NCBI GenBank assembly: GCA_963740355.1
Contig: CAVUDW010000003.1
Span: 960,001-1,024,000, forward strand
Direction of reading: 5' to 3'
Length of the DNA: 64,000 bases
From: an uncultured Gemmatimonadaceae bacterium
Lineage (GTDB): Bacteria > Gemmatimonadota > Gemmatimonadetes > Gemmatimonadales > Gemmatimonadaceae
The notes below the pieces were generated by a model. That model was not told where the DNA came from. It did no database searches and saw nothing but the letters and a program-made list of their open reading frames with translations. Below are positions 40,883-50,706 of the stretch, piece by piece (the first letter of the stretch is position 1; the number at the start of each line of letters is the position of its first letter). A program made the position numbers and the translations under genes.

Positions 40883-42097
40883 GTGCCAAAAGACCTGACC
40901 TATATCCTGCTGTTGTTCGCACTGTTCATCGTGCCACGCGCCCTGCAACGCTTTCGGTTGCCGAGCGCGATCAGCAGCTTCCTGTTGGGCGCCGGCGCCT
41001 CCGCGAGCGGGCTCATGACCCAGGACCCAACCCTGAGCCTGCTCGCGACGTTCGGGATCGTGGCGATGTTCCTCACCGCGGGCCTCGAGGTCAACGGCAC
41101 GGAGCTGCGGCAAGGTGCGCGGGTCGTGATCGAACATGCCGGACTGCGGTTGTTGATCGTGCTCGGCGCCGCAACGGTCCTTACGCTCACGACGGAATTC
41201 AGCTTCCGCGTCGGCGCCCTGATCGCCCTCGCCTTGTTCACGCCATCCACCGGGTTCATTCTCGACTCGCTCGACAGCCTGGAATTGAGTCAGCGAGATA
41301 GATTCTGGATCAAGTCGAAGGCGATCGCCACCGAGTTACTGGCCCTCGGGGTGCTCTTCGTCGCGCTGCAATCGACGTCGCTCGAACGCATGGGCATCGC
41401 GACTGCGGCACTGCTGGCGCTCGTACTCGTTCTGCCGCTGCTGTTTCGCTTTTTCGCGGCCCGCATCGCGCCATTTGCGCCGAAGTCCGAGTTTGCCTTC
41501 CTCCTCATGCTGGCAGTGGTGAGCGCGTACATCACACGTGCGCTCGGTGTGTACTACCTGGTCGGTGCATTCATGGTCGGGATCGCGGCGCAAACGTACC
41601 GCACGCGACTACCCGCCATGTCGTCGGAGCGTACGCTGCACGCCGTCGAGGCCTTCGCATCGGTCTTCGCGCCGTTCTATTTCTTCAATGCCGGGCTCCA
41701 CCTGCACGCCGAGGATTTTTCGGGAACGGCGATCGCCCTCGGCGTCGGGCTCGTCATCGTCTGTGTGCCCATGCGCGTGCTGCTGGTGCTGTTGCACCGC
41801 CGACGGTCGCTCGGCGAGAGCGCACGCGGTGGACTGCCAATCGCGATCGCCCTTGCGCCGACGCTCGTCTTTTCACTCGTCATCGCAGAGATACTGCGCG
41901 ATCGATTCGGCATTCCAGACTACCTGTTCGGCTCGCTGATCGTCTATACGGTGATCAACACTGTCCTCCCAGGCTTCCTGCTCGGGCGCGCGGCACCGGA
42001 ACTCGACGTCCTGGCGGAGGTCGGGACGCCGTTGGAGTCGCACTCCTTCCGCGGCGAGGACGCTCCAGCGGCGCAAGACGCCAACTCCACTCACTGA
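40883..42097 (+). CDS. Cation:proton antiporter (CPA2/Kef-like, no KTN domain)
   Basis: FGIVAMFLTAGLE, LVGAFMVG, PFYFFNAG; about 12 TM. Confidence 0.88.
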   Translation: MPKDLTYILLLFALFIVPRALQRFRLPSAISSFLLGAGASASGLMTQDPTLSLLATFGIVAMFLTAGLEVNGTELRQGARVVIEHAGLRLLIVLGAATVLTLTTEFSFRVGALIALALFTPSTGFILDSLDSLELSQRDRFWIKSKAIATELLALGVLFVALQSTSLERMGIATAALLALVLVLPLLFRFFAARIAPFAPKSEFAFLLMLAVVSAYITRALGVYYLVGAFMVGIAAQTYRTRLPAMSSERTLHAVEAFASVFAPFYFFNAGLHLHAEDFSGTAIALGVGLVIVCVPMRVLLVLLHRRRSLGESARGGLPIAIALAPTLVFSLVIAEILRDRFGIPDYLFGSLIVYTVINTVLPGFLLGRAAPELDVLAEVGTPLESHSFRGEDAPAAQDANSTH

Positions 42098-42104
42098 CGC
42101 ATCC

Positions 42105-44024
42105 CTAGAGGATCAGGCGCACCCCGCCCATCGTTTCGACCCGATGCGGGAACGTGTCGCCGGGCGTGCCCAGAAACATGAGGTTCTTCGGCACCTGCAA
42201 CTGACCAGAAAGCTTTTCGACCAGCGCTGGCCCGAAGACGCCGCGAACGAACAGCACGTCGATGCGAAGGCGCGGAAACTCCCGGTCGATGCGCGCGAGA
42301 TGTTCCGCCAGCTCCGCAGGAATCTCCGATTCCTCGCGGTACACATGCACGACTGTCATGCGATCGGTCTGTTCATTGCGCAGTACATACGCGGCGGCTC
42401 GGCGTAATACGTCGAGGTTGTCGCCACGCGTGAAGTACACCACGCCGATCTTGTTGATGCGGACCAGCCATCGCACGACGCCGCGTCGAATCCATCGATT
42501 GGCGGCGATCGCGCGATCTGCAACTGCGCGCGAGAGGCTCAACGCCATGCGCAGCACGCTTGTGCGAAAGAGCATGGCGCCGACGACGCCGAGCGAGCCG
42601 AGGGCGTACTCGACGAAGACCGCGGCGTTGGCAGGCGACAGCAACACATTCCCAACCAGCGCCGCCAGCACGGCGCCGAGCGCGAGAAGGATCGCGGGAA
42701 TGCCCGCGGTGACCGCCCGAGGCAAGCGCGCACGATCGCGCTTCAGCAACATGTTGCCTACGGCAAAGAGCGCCATCACGCTGAGGAATGACAGTGCGTA
42801 CACACCCGCGAGCGTGGAGAGGTCACCCGCTGTGGCAAGCAGGATCGAGACACAGAGCGTGAAGAATGCAAGCGCGATCCAGTGGTTTGTGCCGCGGCGA
42901 GTCTCGCGCAGCAGGAACTGGGGCAGGCAGCGGTCGAGCGCCATGCGACGTACGAGGCCAGTCACACCGACGAAGCTGGTCAGCACCGCACCGCAGAGCA
43001 CCAGCACCGCGTCGACACTCACCAGTGCTCCGAGCCACGGGCCCACCGCACGGTCCCCCATCTGCGCCAGCAGATCGGGCGGCACATCCCGGATCCGGGC
43101 CAGCGGCAGCAAGCCAAGCGACAGCAAGCTGATGACGGGATTGAAGACTGCCACCGCGATCCACATGTTGCGCAGCGTCTTCGGAAAGACGCCCGCGCGC
43201 TGCTCCTCGATGAAGTTGGCCGAGCTTTCGAATCCACTCACGCCAAGCATCGCCGCAGCGAAGCCGAAGAACAGCGATGCGACCAAGCCTCGCGGGGACG
43301 GCAGGGACCAGTTCGCGAACAGCAACGAGGGGTCTTCGATCACGCGTGTCGCGCCAGTGATCACGAGCAGCGTGAGGGTTCCGATATGCAGGAAGAAGAT
43401 CACCATCGCGATCACCGCTGACTCACCCACGCCGACAATCGTGAGGATGGCAAACATCGCGAGGACCATGATCGTGGCGGCCGTGACCGGGAGCGCCGCG
43501 ATGAGGTTGTGTGCGTAGTGCATCGCCTCGCTGGCGCTGATCACTGCGGTCGCCAGGTACGACAGCAATGTCAGGCACGCCGCGCCGGCCGCAACGCGCT
43601 TGCTCGTGGTGTTGAGCAACACCGTGTAGGTACCGCCATTGAGCGGCAGCGCGCTGCCAACTTCCGCGTAAATCCTCCGGAACAGGTAGAGCGTCCCGGC
43701 CACCATCAGCAGGACGACGGGTGCCAGTGCGCCGGCCTGTGCCGCACAGAGCGCCGAGACGTACAGCACGCTTGACGTGATGTCATTCCCGCAGATCGCC
43801 GTCGCGCTCCACTGTCCGAGCAAATGACGTTTCGGCTGATCGAGATGCGTGATTGCGACGTCGGGATCGACGGCGGCGACCGACAGGTCGAGGCGATCCA
43901 CCCGTCCCCACCCGGGAAACTCCCAGGAGGGCAATCCCACCGGTGCGTCGGCGATGCGGTTCCGGAACGGAGACGCATCGCCGTGATGATGTGCCTCCTC
44001 GCGATGGCCTGTGTCAGGATGCAT
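42105..44024 (-). CDS. APC family permease with C-terminal cytosolic domain
   Basis: ATAICGNDITSSVLY, NGGTY, GVSGFESSAN; 12 TM followed by a soluble alpha/beta tail. Confidence 0.88.
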   Translation of the reverse strand: MHPDTGHREEAHHHGDASPFRNRIADAPVGLPSWEFPGWGRVDRLDLSVAAVDPDVAITHLDQPKRHLLGQWSATAICGNDITSSVLYVSALCAAQAGALAPVVLLMVAGTLYLFRRIYAEVGSALPLNGGTYTVLLNTTSKRVAAGAACLTLLSYLATAVISASEAMHYAHNLIAALPVTAATIMVLAMFAILTIVGVGESAVIAMVIFFLHIGTLTLLVITGATRVIEDPSLLFANWSLPSPRGLVASLFFGFAAAMLGVSGFESSANFIEEQRAGVFPKTLRNMWIAVAVFNPVISLLSLGLLPLARIRDVPPDLLAQMGDRAVGPWLGALVSVDAVLVLCGAVLTSFVGVTGLVRRMALDRCLPQFLLRETRRGTNHWIALAFFTLCVSILLATAGDLSTLAGVYALSFLSVMALFAVGNMLLKRDRARLPRAVTAGIPAILLALGAVLAALVGNVLLSPANAAVFVEYALGSLGVVGAMLFRTSVLRMALSLSRAVADRAIAANRWIRRGVVRWLVRINKIGVVYFTRGDNLDVLRRAAAYVLRNEQTDRMTVVHVYREESEIPAELAEHLARIDREFPRLRIDVLFVRGVFGPALVEKLSGQLQVPKNLMFLGTPGDTFPHRVETMGGVRLIL

Positions 44025-44311
44025 CAGCTTCCAGTGAAGAGAGCGACGACCAACCAGCGGCTGTCTCGCGAACAGTCATTCGTGCTATGCGATCGTTGTG
44101 AACCGTCGCCGCCCTCGTACCTTGTCGCTGGCCTGTACGGCCACCTTCACCGGTGCTGCTCCCATGCTGGTGAAGCGACGGGCGCGGACGTCCGGGCCAC
44201 GGGATACACAATGTGCCTAGCGTAGCAGCCAGCGGCATCGCGCAATCCGCGATTGCGCTCAACGCGACCCTGCTTGGGACGATGACACGGAAGGGCGAGC
44301 CGCCTCGCCGC

Positions 44312-45466
44312 TCAATAACGAAGGATCGCCGCGACGCCCGAGTCGCCGGGCAGTACTGCGCCAGGCATCACCAGCAGTCGACCACCGCGTGCCCGCGCCA
44401 TCGAACCAAGGTCTGTCAACACATCGTTGACATCGGGCTCGCTGCGATCCGCCGCCGTAACGCGTCCCGTCTCCCGGTCAACGCGCCCGGGAATGGCGCG
44501 GTCGCCGTCGATCATCAGTGTTGCGACCCGTCCAGCGGCGATGGCGCGCGCCACCGATTCAAGCTCGAGATCCGCCAGGCCGTGCGCACTTGCCTGCTGC
44601 AGCGACTCGATGTGCGCGACCGTCGTGGCGTCCTGATAGGGAGCGAACAATCCCCACGCTTGAGCGCGAAGTTCGTCGAGCGCAATCGCATCCGGATTCG
44701 CGTTGATGCCATACGGCAGCAGCCTCGGATTTCGACTGATCCGCTCAAACATGTCCCTGTGCTCCTTCAGCGTGAGGAGGATCAACGGGACGCGTGTCTC
44801 GTCCGCGTGAAAGGCCATGATGTCATGATCGACGCGGCGGAAAAACCGCTCGACATCCTTGTCGATCTCATCAGCGCGCGAGCCGCTGCCGTGATGCATC
44901 GGCCCCTTTCCGACGCCCACGCCGCCATATGATGCGACCGTCGAACCCGGCGAGGACAAGACCGGGCCAAGGGCATCGACCATTGTCCGGGCAACACCCG
45001 GCGCCAATTCGACTTCGTGAAGCGACTCACGGTCTCCCGCGAAGAGACGGATGTGCGTCCGCGTCAGTCCGAGAATTTGATAGCGCTGCGCCGACTGCTG
45101 AAGGCGAACGAGGGGCTTGGTGTGGAAAGTGTCGCCAACGACCGCGAGCTCTTCGACGGCGTGGTCAACGAGATAGACTCGAAAGAGGTCGGCCGCGCTC
45201 AGCACCACCAACCCGTCACGCGTGTTGCGCCAGAATTCGTCATCTGCGGCGAGGCGGTGAAAAGGCTCCATCAAAGTCTCAACCGCCGCCGTCCGATACC
45301 GTGATCGCAGTGACTCAGAAAGTGTCCGGATGAGATTCCTGAACCGGATCGGGTCCTGCGCGTTCTCCGGAAACCGTCGGTGCGTTGGCTGATACAGCGA
45401 CAGGCACGGCGGCACTGCCGAATCAAGCACTCCGGTTCCACTGTCCTGCTCAAAGCTGTGAAGCAT
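44312..45466 (-). CDS. baeRF3-type (archaeo-eukaryotic release factor-like) protein
   Basis: PCLSLYQPTHR...DPIRFRNL, FHTKPL, FFRRVD, AIAAGRVATL, AAILRY; AGGAGGAG RBS. Confidence 0.85.
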   Translation of the reverse strand: MLHSFEQDSGTGVLDSAVPPCLSLYQPTHRRFPENAQDPIRFRNLIRTLSESLRSRYRTAAVETLMEPFHRLAADDEFWRNTRDGLVVLSAADLFRVYLVDHAVEELAVVGDTFHTKPLVRLQQSAQRYQILGLTRTHIRLFAGDRESLHEVELAPGVARTMVDALGPVLSSPGSTVASYGGVGVGKGPMHHGSGSRADEIDKDVERFFRRVDHDIMAFHADETRVPLILLTLKEHRDMFERISRNPRLLPYGINANPDAIALDELRAQAWGLFAPYQDATTVAHIESLQQASAHGLADLELESVARAIAAGRVATLMIDGDRAIPGRVDRETGRVTAADRSEPDVNDVLTDLGSMARARGGRLLVMPGAVLPGDSGVAAILRY

Positions 45467-45563
45467 GTCACTCCTCCTGAGGCACGAATTCGGTTTCTGC
45501 GCCTCGGCCAGCGAGAAAAATGCCCGGCACACCACGGCGACAGCGGTCGCGCGCCGTTCGATC

Positions 45564-45592
45564 TTGCAACTTTATATAGATAGCAATATAAT
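45564..45592 (+). promoter_or_regulatory. Near-consensus sigma70 promoter overlapped by an AT-rich inverted repeat (candidate MarR operator)
   Basis: TTGCAA (45564-69), 17-nt spacer, TATAAT (45587-92); TTATAT-N8-ATATAA at 45572-45591. Confidence 0.8.
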
Positions 45593-45646
45593 GTGAAGGC
45601 TAGACCGACGCAACCTTACGTCCCCATCACCAAAGAGGAGAGCCCA

Positions 45647-46231
45647 ATGCGAAACCGACTCCTTGTCGTCGTTGACGCGCGTCCCGCGTCCGACAGCGCC
45701 ATTGCTGGCGCGATCGAACTGGCCGAACTTCAGCAGAGTTCGCTCGTGTTCGTAGGTGTTGTGCCCAGCGCGCCGGCGACGCGCTTGAATATTCCGTCGC
45801 CTGTGATGTTCGCCGCCGCGTCCGCCGAGGACGCGATGCTCAGTGAGGTTCAGACGCGAATCAACGCGGGCATGGCGGAGGCGGCGCGGCGCGGTCTGCG
45901 CTGCCGCGACGTCATCGATCTGCCCGGGGATGCACTCCAGGTGGTTTCCGTGGCAATCGAGGCCCAGTGCAGGATGATCGTCATCGCCTCCGAGGGCCGG
46001 AGCCCACTCGCACGGCTTCTCTCCGGAAGCATGATTCCGAGCTTGATCACCAACGCGCCAATGCCGGTACTCGTCTGCAAGGCGGCCGACAATGCGCCAG
46101 CACTCGTCCCCGCCGTGCTACCACGTACGCCAGTGCCACGTCTCGCCCGACGCCGTCTGCGAACTGCTCCCGCCACTGATCGCGAAGTGGTGCGCCCGCG
46201 CTTTGTCAGAATCGCACCTTGTGCCTCGTAA
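45647..46231 (+). CDS. Universal stress protein
   Basis: LLVVVD...S..A...A, MIVIASEGRS...LLSGS...PVLVC; GAGGAG RBS. Confidence 0.88.
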   Translation: MRNRLLVVVDARPASDSAIAGAIELAELQQSSLVFVGVVPSAPATRLNIPSPVMFAAASAEDAMLSEVQTRINAGMAEAARRGLRCRDVIDLPGDALQVVSVAIEAQCRMIVIASEGRSPLARLLSGSMIPSLITNAPMPVLVCKAADNAPALVPAVLPRTPVPRLARRRLRTAPATDREVVRPRFVRIAPCAS

Positions 46232-46241
46232 CGGAGTCGCG

Positions 46242-46802
46242 ATGACGCATTCGCTCCACGCATCACCCTCATCTGGAGACGAGGAGACGTCCCCGCCCCA
46301 CCCGGTGAGCGTCGACGGCGGCTGTGACTCGGAGCGCAGCGCGACGGACATGCAGGCTGAGGTTCTGCAACAATTTCGTGTGGTCTTCAACGCGGTGAAG
46401 ACACACTTTCAGCGCGTTGAGCGTCAGGCCGGAGTCGGTGGTGCACAGATCTGGGCTCTGTCAGTGATCCGCGACCGGCCGGACATTGGCGTGGGCGACC
46501 TGGCGGAGGCGCTGAACGTGCGACAGCCCACAGCGAGCATTCTGGTTCGCGGCCTCACGGATCACGCCCTCATTACACACACGCGGCGCGCCAGTGACCG
46601 CCGTGCCGTGCTGCTTCGCGTCACGCCGAAGGGTGATGAGTTGCTTCGAACAATTCCAGCGCCGCACGCCGGGATTCTTCCGGATGCGCTCGCATCGCTC
46701 GATGACGAAACGCTCACGCGACTTGCACACGACCTCGCGGTGCTGATCCAACGGCTGCAGGTCGACCCCGAGGCGCGGAAGCGGCCGCTGGCGTCCCTCT
46801 GA
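46242..46802 (+). CDS. MarR family transcriptional regulator
   Basis: GAQIWAL...VGDLAEAL...ASILVRGL...SDRRAVLLRVTPKG winged helix. Confidence 0.9.
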   Translation: MTHSLHASPSSGDEETSPPHPVSVDGGCDSERSATDMQAEVLQQFRVVFNAVKTHFQRVERQAGVGGAQIWALSVIRDRPDIGVGDLAEALNVRQPTASILVRGLTDHALITHTRRASDRRAVLLRVTPKGDELLRTIPAPHAGILPDALASLDDETLTRLAHDLAVLIQRLQVDPEARKRPLASL

Positions 46803-47009
46803 GTTCGCCGCGCGCTCTTCGCCCGGCCCGCCTACGGAGACTGTGCGCGCTACGCGCGCTGATCGTGATTCCACACGCCAGCCCGGCCGTTCGCATTGGC
46901 TCAGGAGCGCGTCATTCTGCCAGCAGCGGGTCGGCCGGCGCGGCACGCGTCTCGTGGGATACGTCGTGGTACGAGCGCAGCCGACTCCATTGATGGCAAT
47001 GGGCCGGCA

Positions 47010-47046
47010 GGAACAAACACGGGGGCCCCGCCACCCGGAGCCCCCG
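47010..47046 (-). terminator. Terminator downstream of the ribonucleotide reductase
   Basis: GC hairpin at 47020-47046 followed by TGTTTGTT on the minus strand. Confidence 0.6.
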
Positions 47047-47078
47047 CATTCACGTGCCCTGCCGTACCACTCAGATCA

Positions 47079-49532
47079 TTAGATGATCTCGCACGCCCCA
47101 CCGGCACACGCGACCGTTTCCTTCAGCGACGTATAGTCCGCCGCTTCGCTCATCAACGAATAATCAACCGGCTCGTAGGTGAGGCTGTTCCACTTGGCGA
47201 TGTCGGCCGGCGTGGTGACTTCCTCGTTCGGGGCCTGCTGGTAGTCCTTGTCGCCAGTGGCGGCGAGGAGGCTGACGCCCGTGAAGTAAGCACGGTTGTC
47301 CCAGATGAAATCGGCCACCGACTCCCACTCCCCTTCCTTCACCGTCACCGTGTTGCTGACGTTGTGACGCAGGCCCGGGTTGTACTTCTCGTGCGCCGTG
47401 CCAGGCACGACCCAGTTCTCCTGCACCAGCTTCACCATGTCGAGGAACTGCAGCGCGCCGATGTCCTTCTTCAGGATCGCGCCCTCGGGGGCCTCGATCG
47501 GGAAGGTGATCACGTCCGTGGTGTCGGCCTTCATGCCGTACACCTCGGTCATCTGCGGATTCCACGACTTGAAGAAGTTGTAGACCGGCTCCGTGCGCGC
47601 GGCCTGCACGCGACGGAAGTAGCGCTTGGCGTGATGCGGATGGATGCCGCTGGCCGTGCCGAGCAACAGGCTGGCCGTGCCTTCCGGCTTCACACAGGTC
47701 ACACGAGCCGCCGGCTGGATGCCGAGGGTTTCCGCGACCGCGCGATTCGTCATCACGCAGGTCTCCGCTCCCTTGCGCAACACTTCCGGATTCAGGAGCA
47801 CATCGGGGCGCTCGAGAATGCCGCAGATGCTGACGCCGAGCAGTGACTCGCGCTCGTTGATCACGCGGGTGACCGGTCCGAGGTAGCTCATCTCGGTGTA
47901 GGCCGCCTGCATGGTGCCGATCGTCGCCGCCACGGTGCAGAGCTCGTAGAACTTTTCCGGCGTCTCGCACATGCGACCGTTGATCGTGGTCAGGTTGCAG
48001 TGCTGCCAGCCGCTGATCGTGTCGCCGATGCCAACCGACTCGTTGTAGCCGTACTTCATCAGCTTGCCCATCACCTCGTGGTCCACGACCAGTGACGGCG
48101 CGAGCCCGATCTCGACACAGGGATTGGCGCCATACTCGGCGCTTTCCGTGAAGTAGAAGCCCGGCTCACCGAACTGACGGATGGCGTTGAAGAGCCCCAT
48201 GAACTCTTCCTTCGTCGCCTCGCCACGCACCAGCATCGCGCTGTTGTTGCTGTGCTGGCGCTGCGGATTGTGCTTCCACCACTCGCCGGTCTTGGCGTTG
48301 ATCATCTCCTCGTCATCGGCGCTGAAGAGCGCGATGGTGGCGGAGCGACGGATGCCACCGCTGATGACGGCACTGGCCGCATACATCAGGATGTCATAGG
48401 CCTCGATCGGGCGCATCTTGCGGCCCGGGATGCCATCCAGCACGGCGCGGATCTTCTCCAGCGCCTTCTTCAGCGGCTGGTGCCCCGGTGCGCGACCACC
48501 GCTGGTGCGAAGCACGGCACCCTTGGCGCGGATCTCGGAGAAATCGAACTCGACGTACGTGCCTTCGTAGTAGCTCATCACCAGTTCCTGCATCGAATCG
48601 GACCAGCCTTCGATGGTGTCAGGAATCGTGAAGTGCTTCACCGGCAGGTCTTCGGCCGAGGCGCGGAGCGGGAACGGCGCCAGCTTCGACACGTGCTGCT
48701 TCTGCACGCTGAAGCCCACACCCGTTCCACTGAGGAGCAGCCACAACGCCTGGCTGAACTTCCGCATGTGATCGATGTGCCCGAACGTGCAGTTGTACAT
48801 GCGCGCATTGTTCACTTCGATCGCATCGCCGCCGAACTGCATCGAGCGCATGCTCGGCAGCGCCTTGCGATCGCGCACGGCCGCTTCGGCGCTGTCGATC
48901 AGCTGGCCAAGGGTGCGATCGAGCCCGAACGCCTCGTTGTCGAGGAGTGCGGCGAAACGGTTGCGATGCATGTCGAACACACGCTTGGCTGCTTCCGGCC
49001 ACAACTCACGACGGCCCAGATCCTCGCGGTAGCGGGCGTACTTCGACATCGCGATGTAATCGCTGATGCCGCTGACGCCATGCTTGGCGATGCGGGCGTC
49101 GGACTTCTTGGCGCGATAGAGCACATAGCTCTTGGCGACATCGAAGTGGCCGGCGCCAGCGATCATCATCTCGACGATGTCCTGGATCTCTTCCACCGAC
49201 GGCTTCACGCCGCGAGCGGCACGCAGCTCGACGGTGTTGATCACCATGCCGGCGATCCGCAGCACATCGGCATGATCCATCAGGCTCAAGCCATAGTGCT
49301 TGGCCTGGTTGTCACGGTTCGGGTTGTCGGCGCCCTTGTGGCGCTGGGCATAGAAGGCGAGAGCGATGGCTCGCACGATCCGCTCGGGATCCCACTCTGC
49401 CGTCCGCCCGTCCCGCTTCCTCACGGCCTTGTCTGCGGCTGACGTCATCGCCGACGCCAAAGATTCCGGATAAAGCACCGTCGTCATGTCTCTCCCCACG
49501 GGTGGTTGGTCCTGCGATGTCGCGTCCGTCAT
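47079..49532 (-). CDS. nrdJ: Ribonucleotide reductase, probably class II (B12-dependent, RTPR-like), with N-terminal ATP cone
   Basis: VRKRDGR...EEIQDIVE ATP cone; SKYARY; MYNC; GTGVGFS; GGIRRSA; ANPCVE active site; VKPEGT; C-terminal CAGGAC. No adjacent beta-subunit gene. Confidence 0.85.
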   Translation of the reverse strand: MTDATSQDQPPVGRDMTTVLYPESLASAMTSAADKAVRKRDGRTAEWDPERIVRAIALAFYAQRHKGADNPNRDNQAKHYGLSLMDHADVLRIAGMVINTVELRAARGVKPSVEEIQDIVEMMIAGAGHFDVAKSYVLYRAKKSDARIAKHGVSGISDYIAMSKYARYREDLGRRELWPEAAKRVFDMHRNRFAALLDNEAFGLDRTLGQLIDSAEAAVRDRKALPSMRSMQFGGDAIEVNNARMYNCTFGHIDHMRKFSQALWLLLSGTGVGFSVQKQHVSKLAPFPLRASAEDLPVKHFTIPDTIEGWSDSMQELVMSYYEGTYVEFDFSEIRAKGAVLRTSGGRAPGHQPLKKALEKIRAVLDGIPGRKMRPIEAYDILMYAASAVISGGIRRSATIALFSADDEEMINAKTGEWWKHNPQRQHSNNSAMLVRGEATKEEFMGLFNAIRQFGEPGFYFTESAEYGANPCVEIGLAPSLVVDHEVMGKLMKYGYNESVGIGDTISGWQHCNLTTINGRMCETPEKFYELCTVAATIGTMQAAYTEMSYLGPVTRVINERESLLGVSICGILERPDVLLNPEVLRKGAETCVMTNRAVAETLGIQPAARVTCVKPEGTASLLLGTASGIHPHHAKRYFRRVQAARTEPVYNFFKSWNPQMTEVYGMKADTTDVITFPIEAPEGAILKKDIGALQFLDMVKLVQENWVVPGTAHEKYNPGLRHNVSNTVTVKEGEWESVADFIWDNRAYFTGVSLLAATGDKDYQQAPNEEVTTPADIAKWNSLTYEPVDYSLMSEAADYTSLKETVACAGGACEII

Positions 49533-50172
49533 GTGAATCCGCCCTGCGAATGCGTCCTGCTGCCTGTCGACGTCCGGTCACCCAACCCCACCCTTGCTTC
49601 TACCCTGCCGCATCGTGCATGCCCCACTGATGGGGACACGAAACGGCCCGCAGCGATCCTCCGCCTACCTTGCTGCGGGCGCGAGCACGACTTTGGAACT
49701 ACCCTGGGTGACGCAACGACGGGGCGCGGTGTGACCAGACCGAAACAGACCGGCTTCCAGCGCGGAGCAGGACAATAGGACCCTTCGTGAGTCCGCGCCA
49801 GCGCTGCCCAAACACTCAACGGAGCAACAGTTTAGCGGTTCCATGATCACATTTGTACTGTTTCGGAATCCACAACCGCGACTGGCGACTGCCCCGCCGT
49901 TCAACGGACTCGGCTATCCTGTGAATACGCTAATGTGCCGTAAATCGTTGCCCTGAATGGACTTGCGACAACAAGCCGAGGGTCGAACCGGATTTCGGAT
50001 GAGGGAATCCACACCATCCACATCCATCAACACACGTGGAGATTGCTCGGTTGCACGTCTCCCCGGAAACGGATGACGCCCCGAACACCAGTTTTGCACC
50101 GCGTGTGACCAGGCAAGCGCGCCGAGAGTCCCGCGCAATGGGCCGGAACGGCCCCGCCAGGCCACGATTCGG

Positions 50173-50706
50173 CTACGAACCCGTGTGGTACCGCACCACG
50201 CCGTCGCGGTGCGCCACGGCCAGCCCACGGTACCGCGCCGCCGTGCGGGCCAGCTTGGCCCGCTCCTCCTCCGTGGTCGCCCGAACGACCTTCCCCGGCA
50301 CGCCGAGCACGAGCGAGTTGGGCGGGACGACCATGCCCTCCGGCACCAGCGCGCCCGCGCCGATGATGCTCCCCGACCCGATCTGACACCGGTTGAGCAG
50401 GATCGCGCCCATCCCGATCAGGGCGTCGTCGTCGATCAGGCAGCCATGCAGGATGGCCCGGTGCCCCACCGTCACCCCCGCCCCGACCGTGGTCGGTATG
50501 CCGGGATCGGCATGGACCATCGTCAGGTCCTGAATGTTGGTGCCGGCACCGATGGTGATCTGCTCGGTGTCCCCGCGGATCACCGCGCCGGCCCAGACAC
50601 TCACCTCGTCACCCAGCACCACGGTGCCACACACCGACGCCCGCGGATGCACGAACGCGCTCGACGCGACCTGCGGCGGGCCCCGGAATTCCGCTGGCGC
50701 GCTCAC
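50173..50706 (-). CDS. Gamma carbonic anhydrase family protein
   Basis: IRGD, TNIQD, VTVGHRAILHGC hexapeptide repeats. Confidence 0.93.
   Translation of the reverse strand: MSAPAEFRGPPQVASSAFVHPRASVCGTVVLGDEVSVWAGAVIRGDTEQITIGAGTNIQDLTMVHADPGIPTTVGAGVTVGHRAILHGCLIDDDALIGMGAILLNRCQIGSGSIIGAGALVPEGMVVPPNSLVLGVPGKVVRATTEEERAKLARTAARYRGLAVAHRDGVVRYHTGS

Noticed and set aside
49533..50170. Cobalamin riboswitch or NrdR boxes upstream of nrdJ
   Set aside because: I found no B12-box, GGGAA or GCCACTG motifs on the sense strand, and NrdR-like words fit the consensus poorly.
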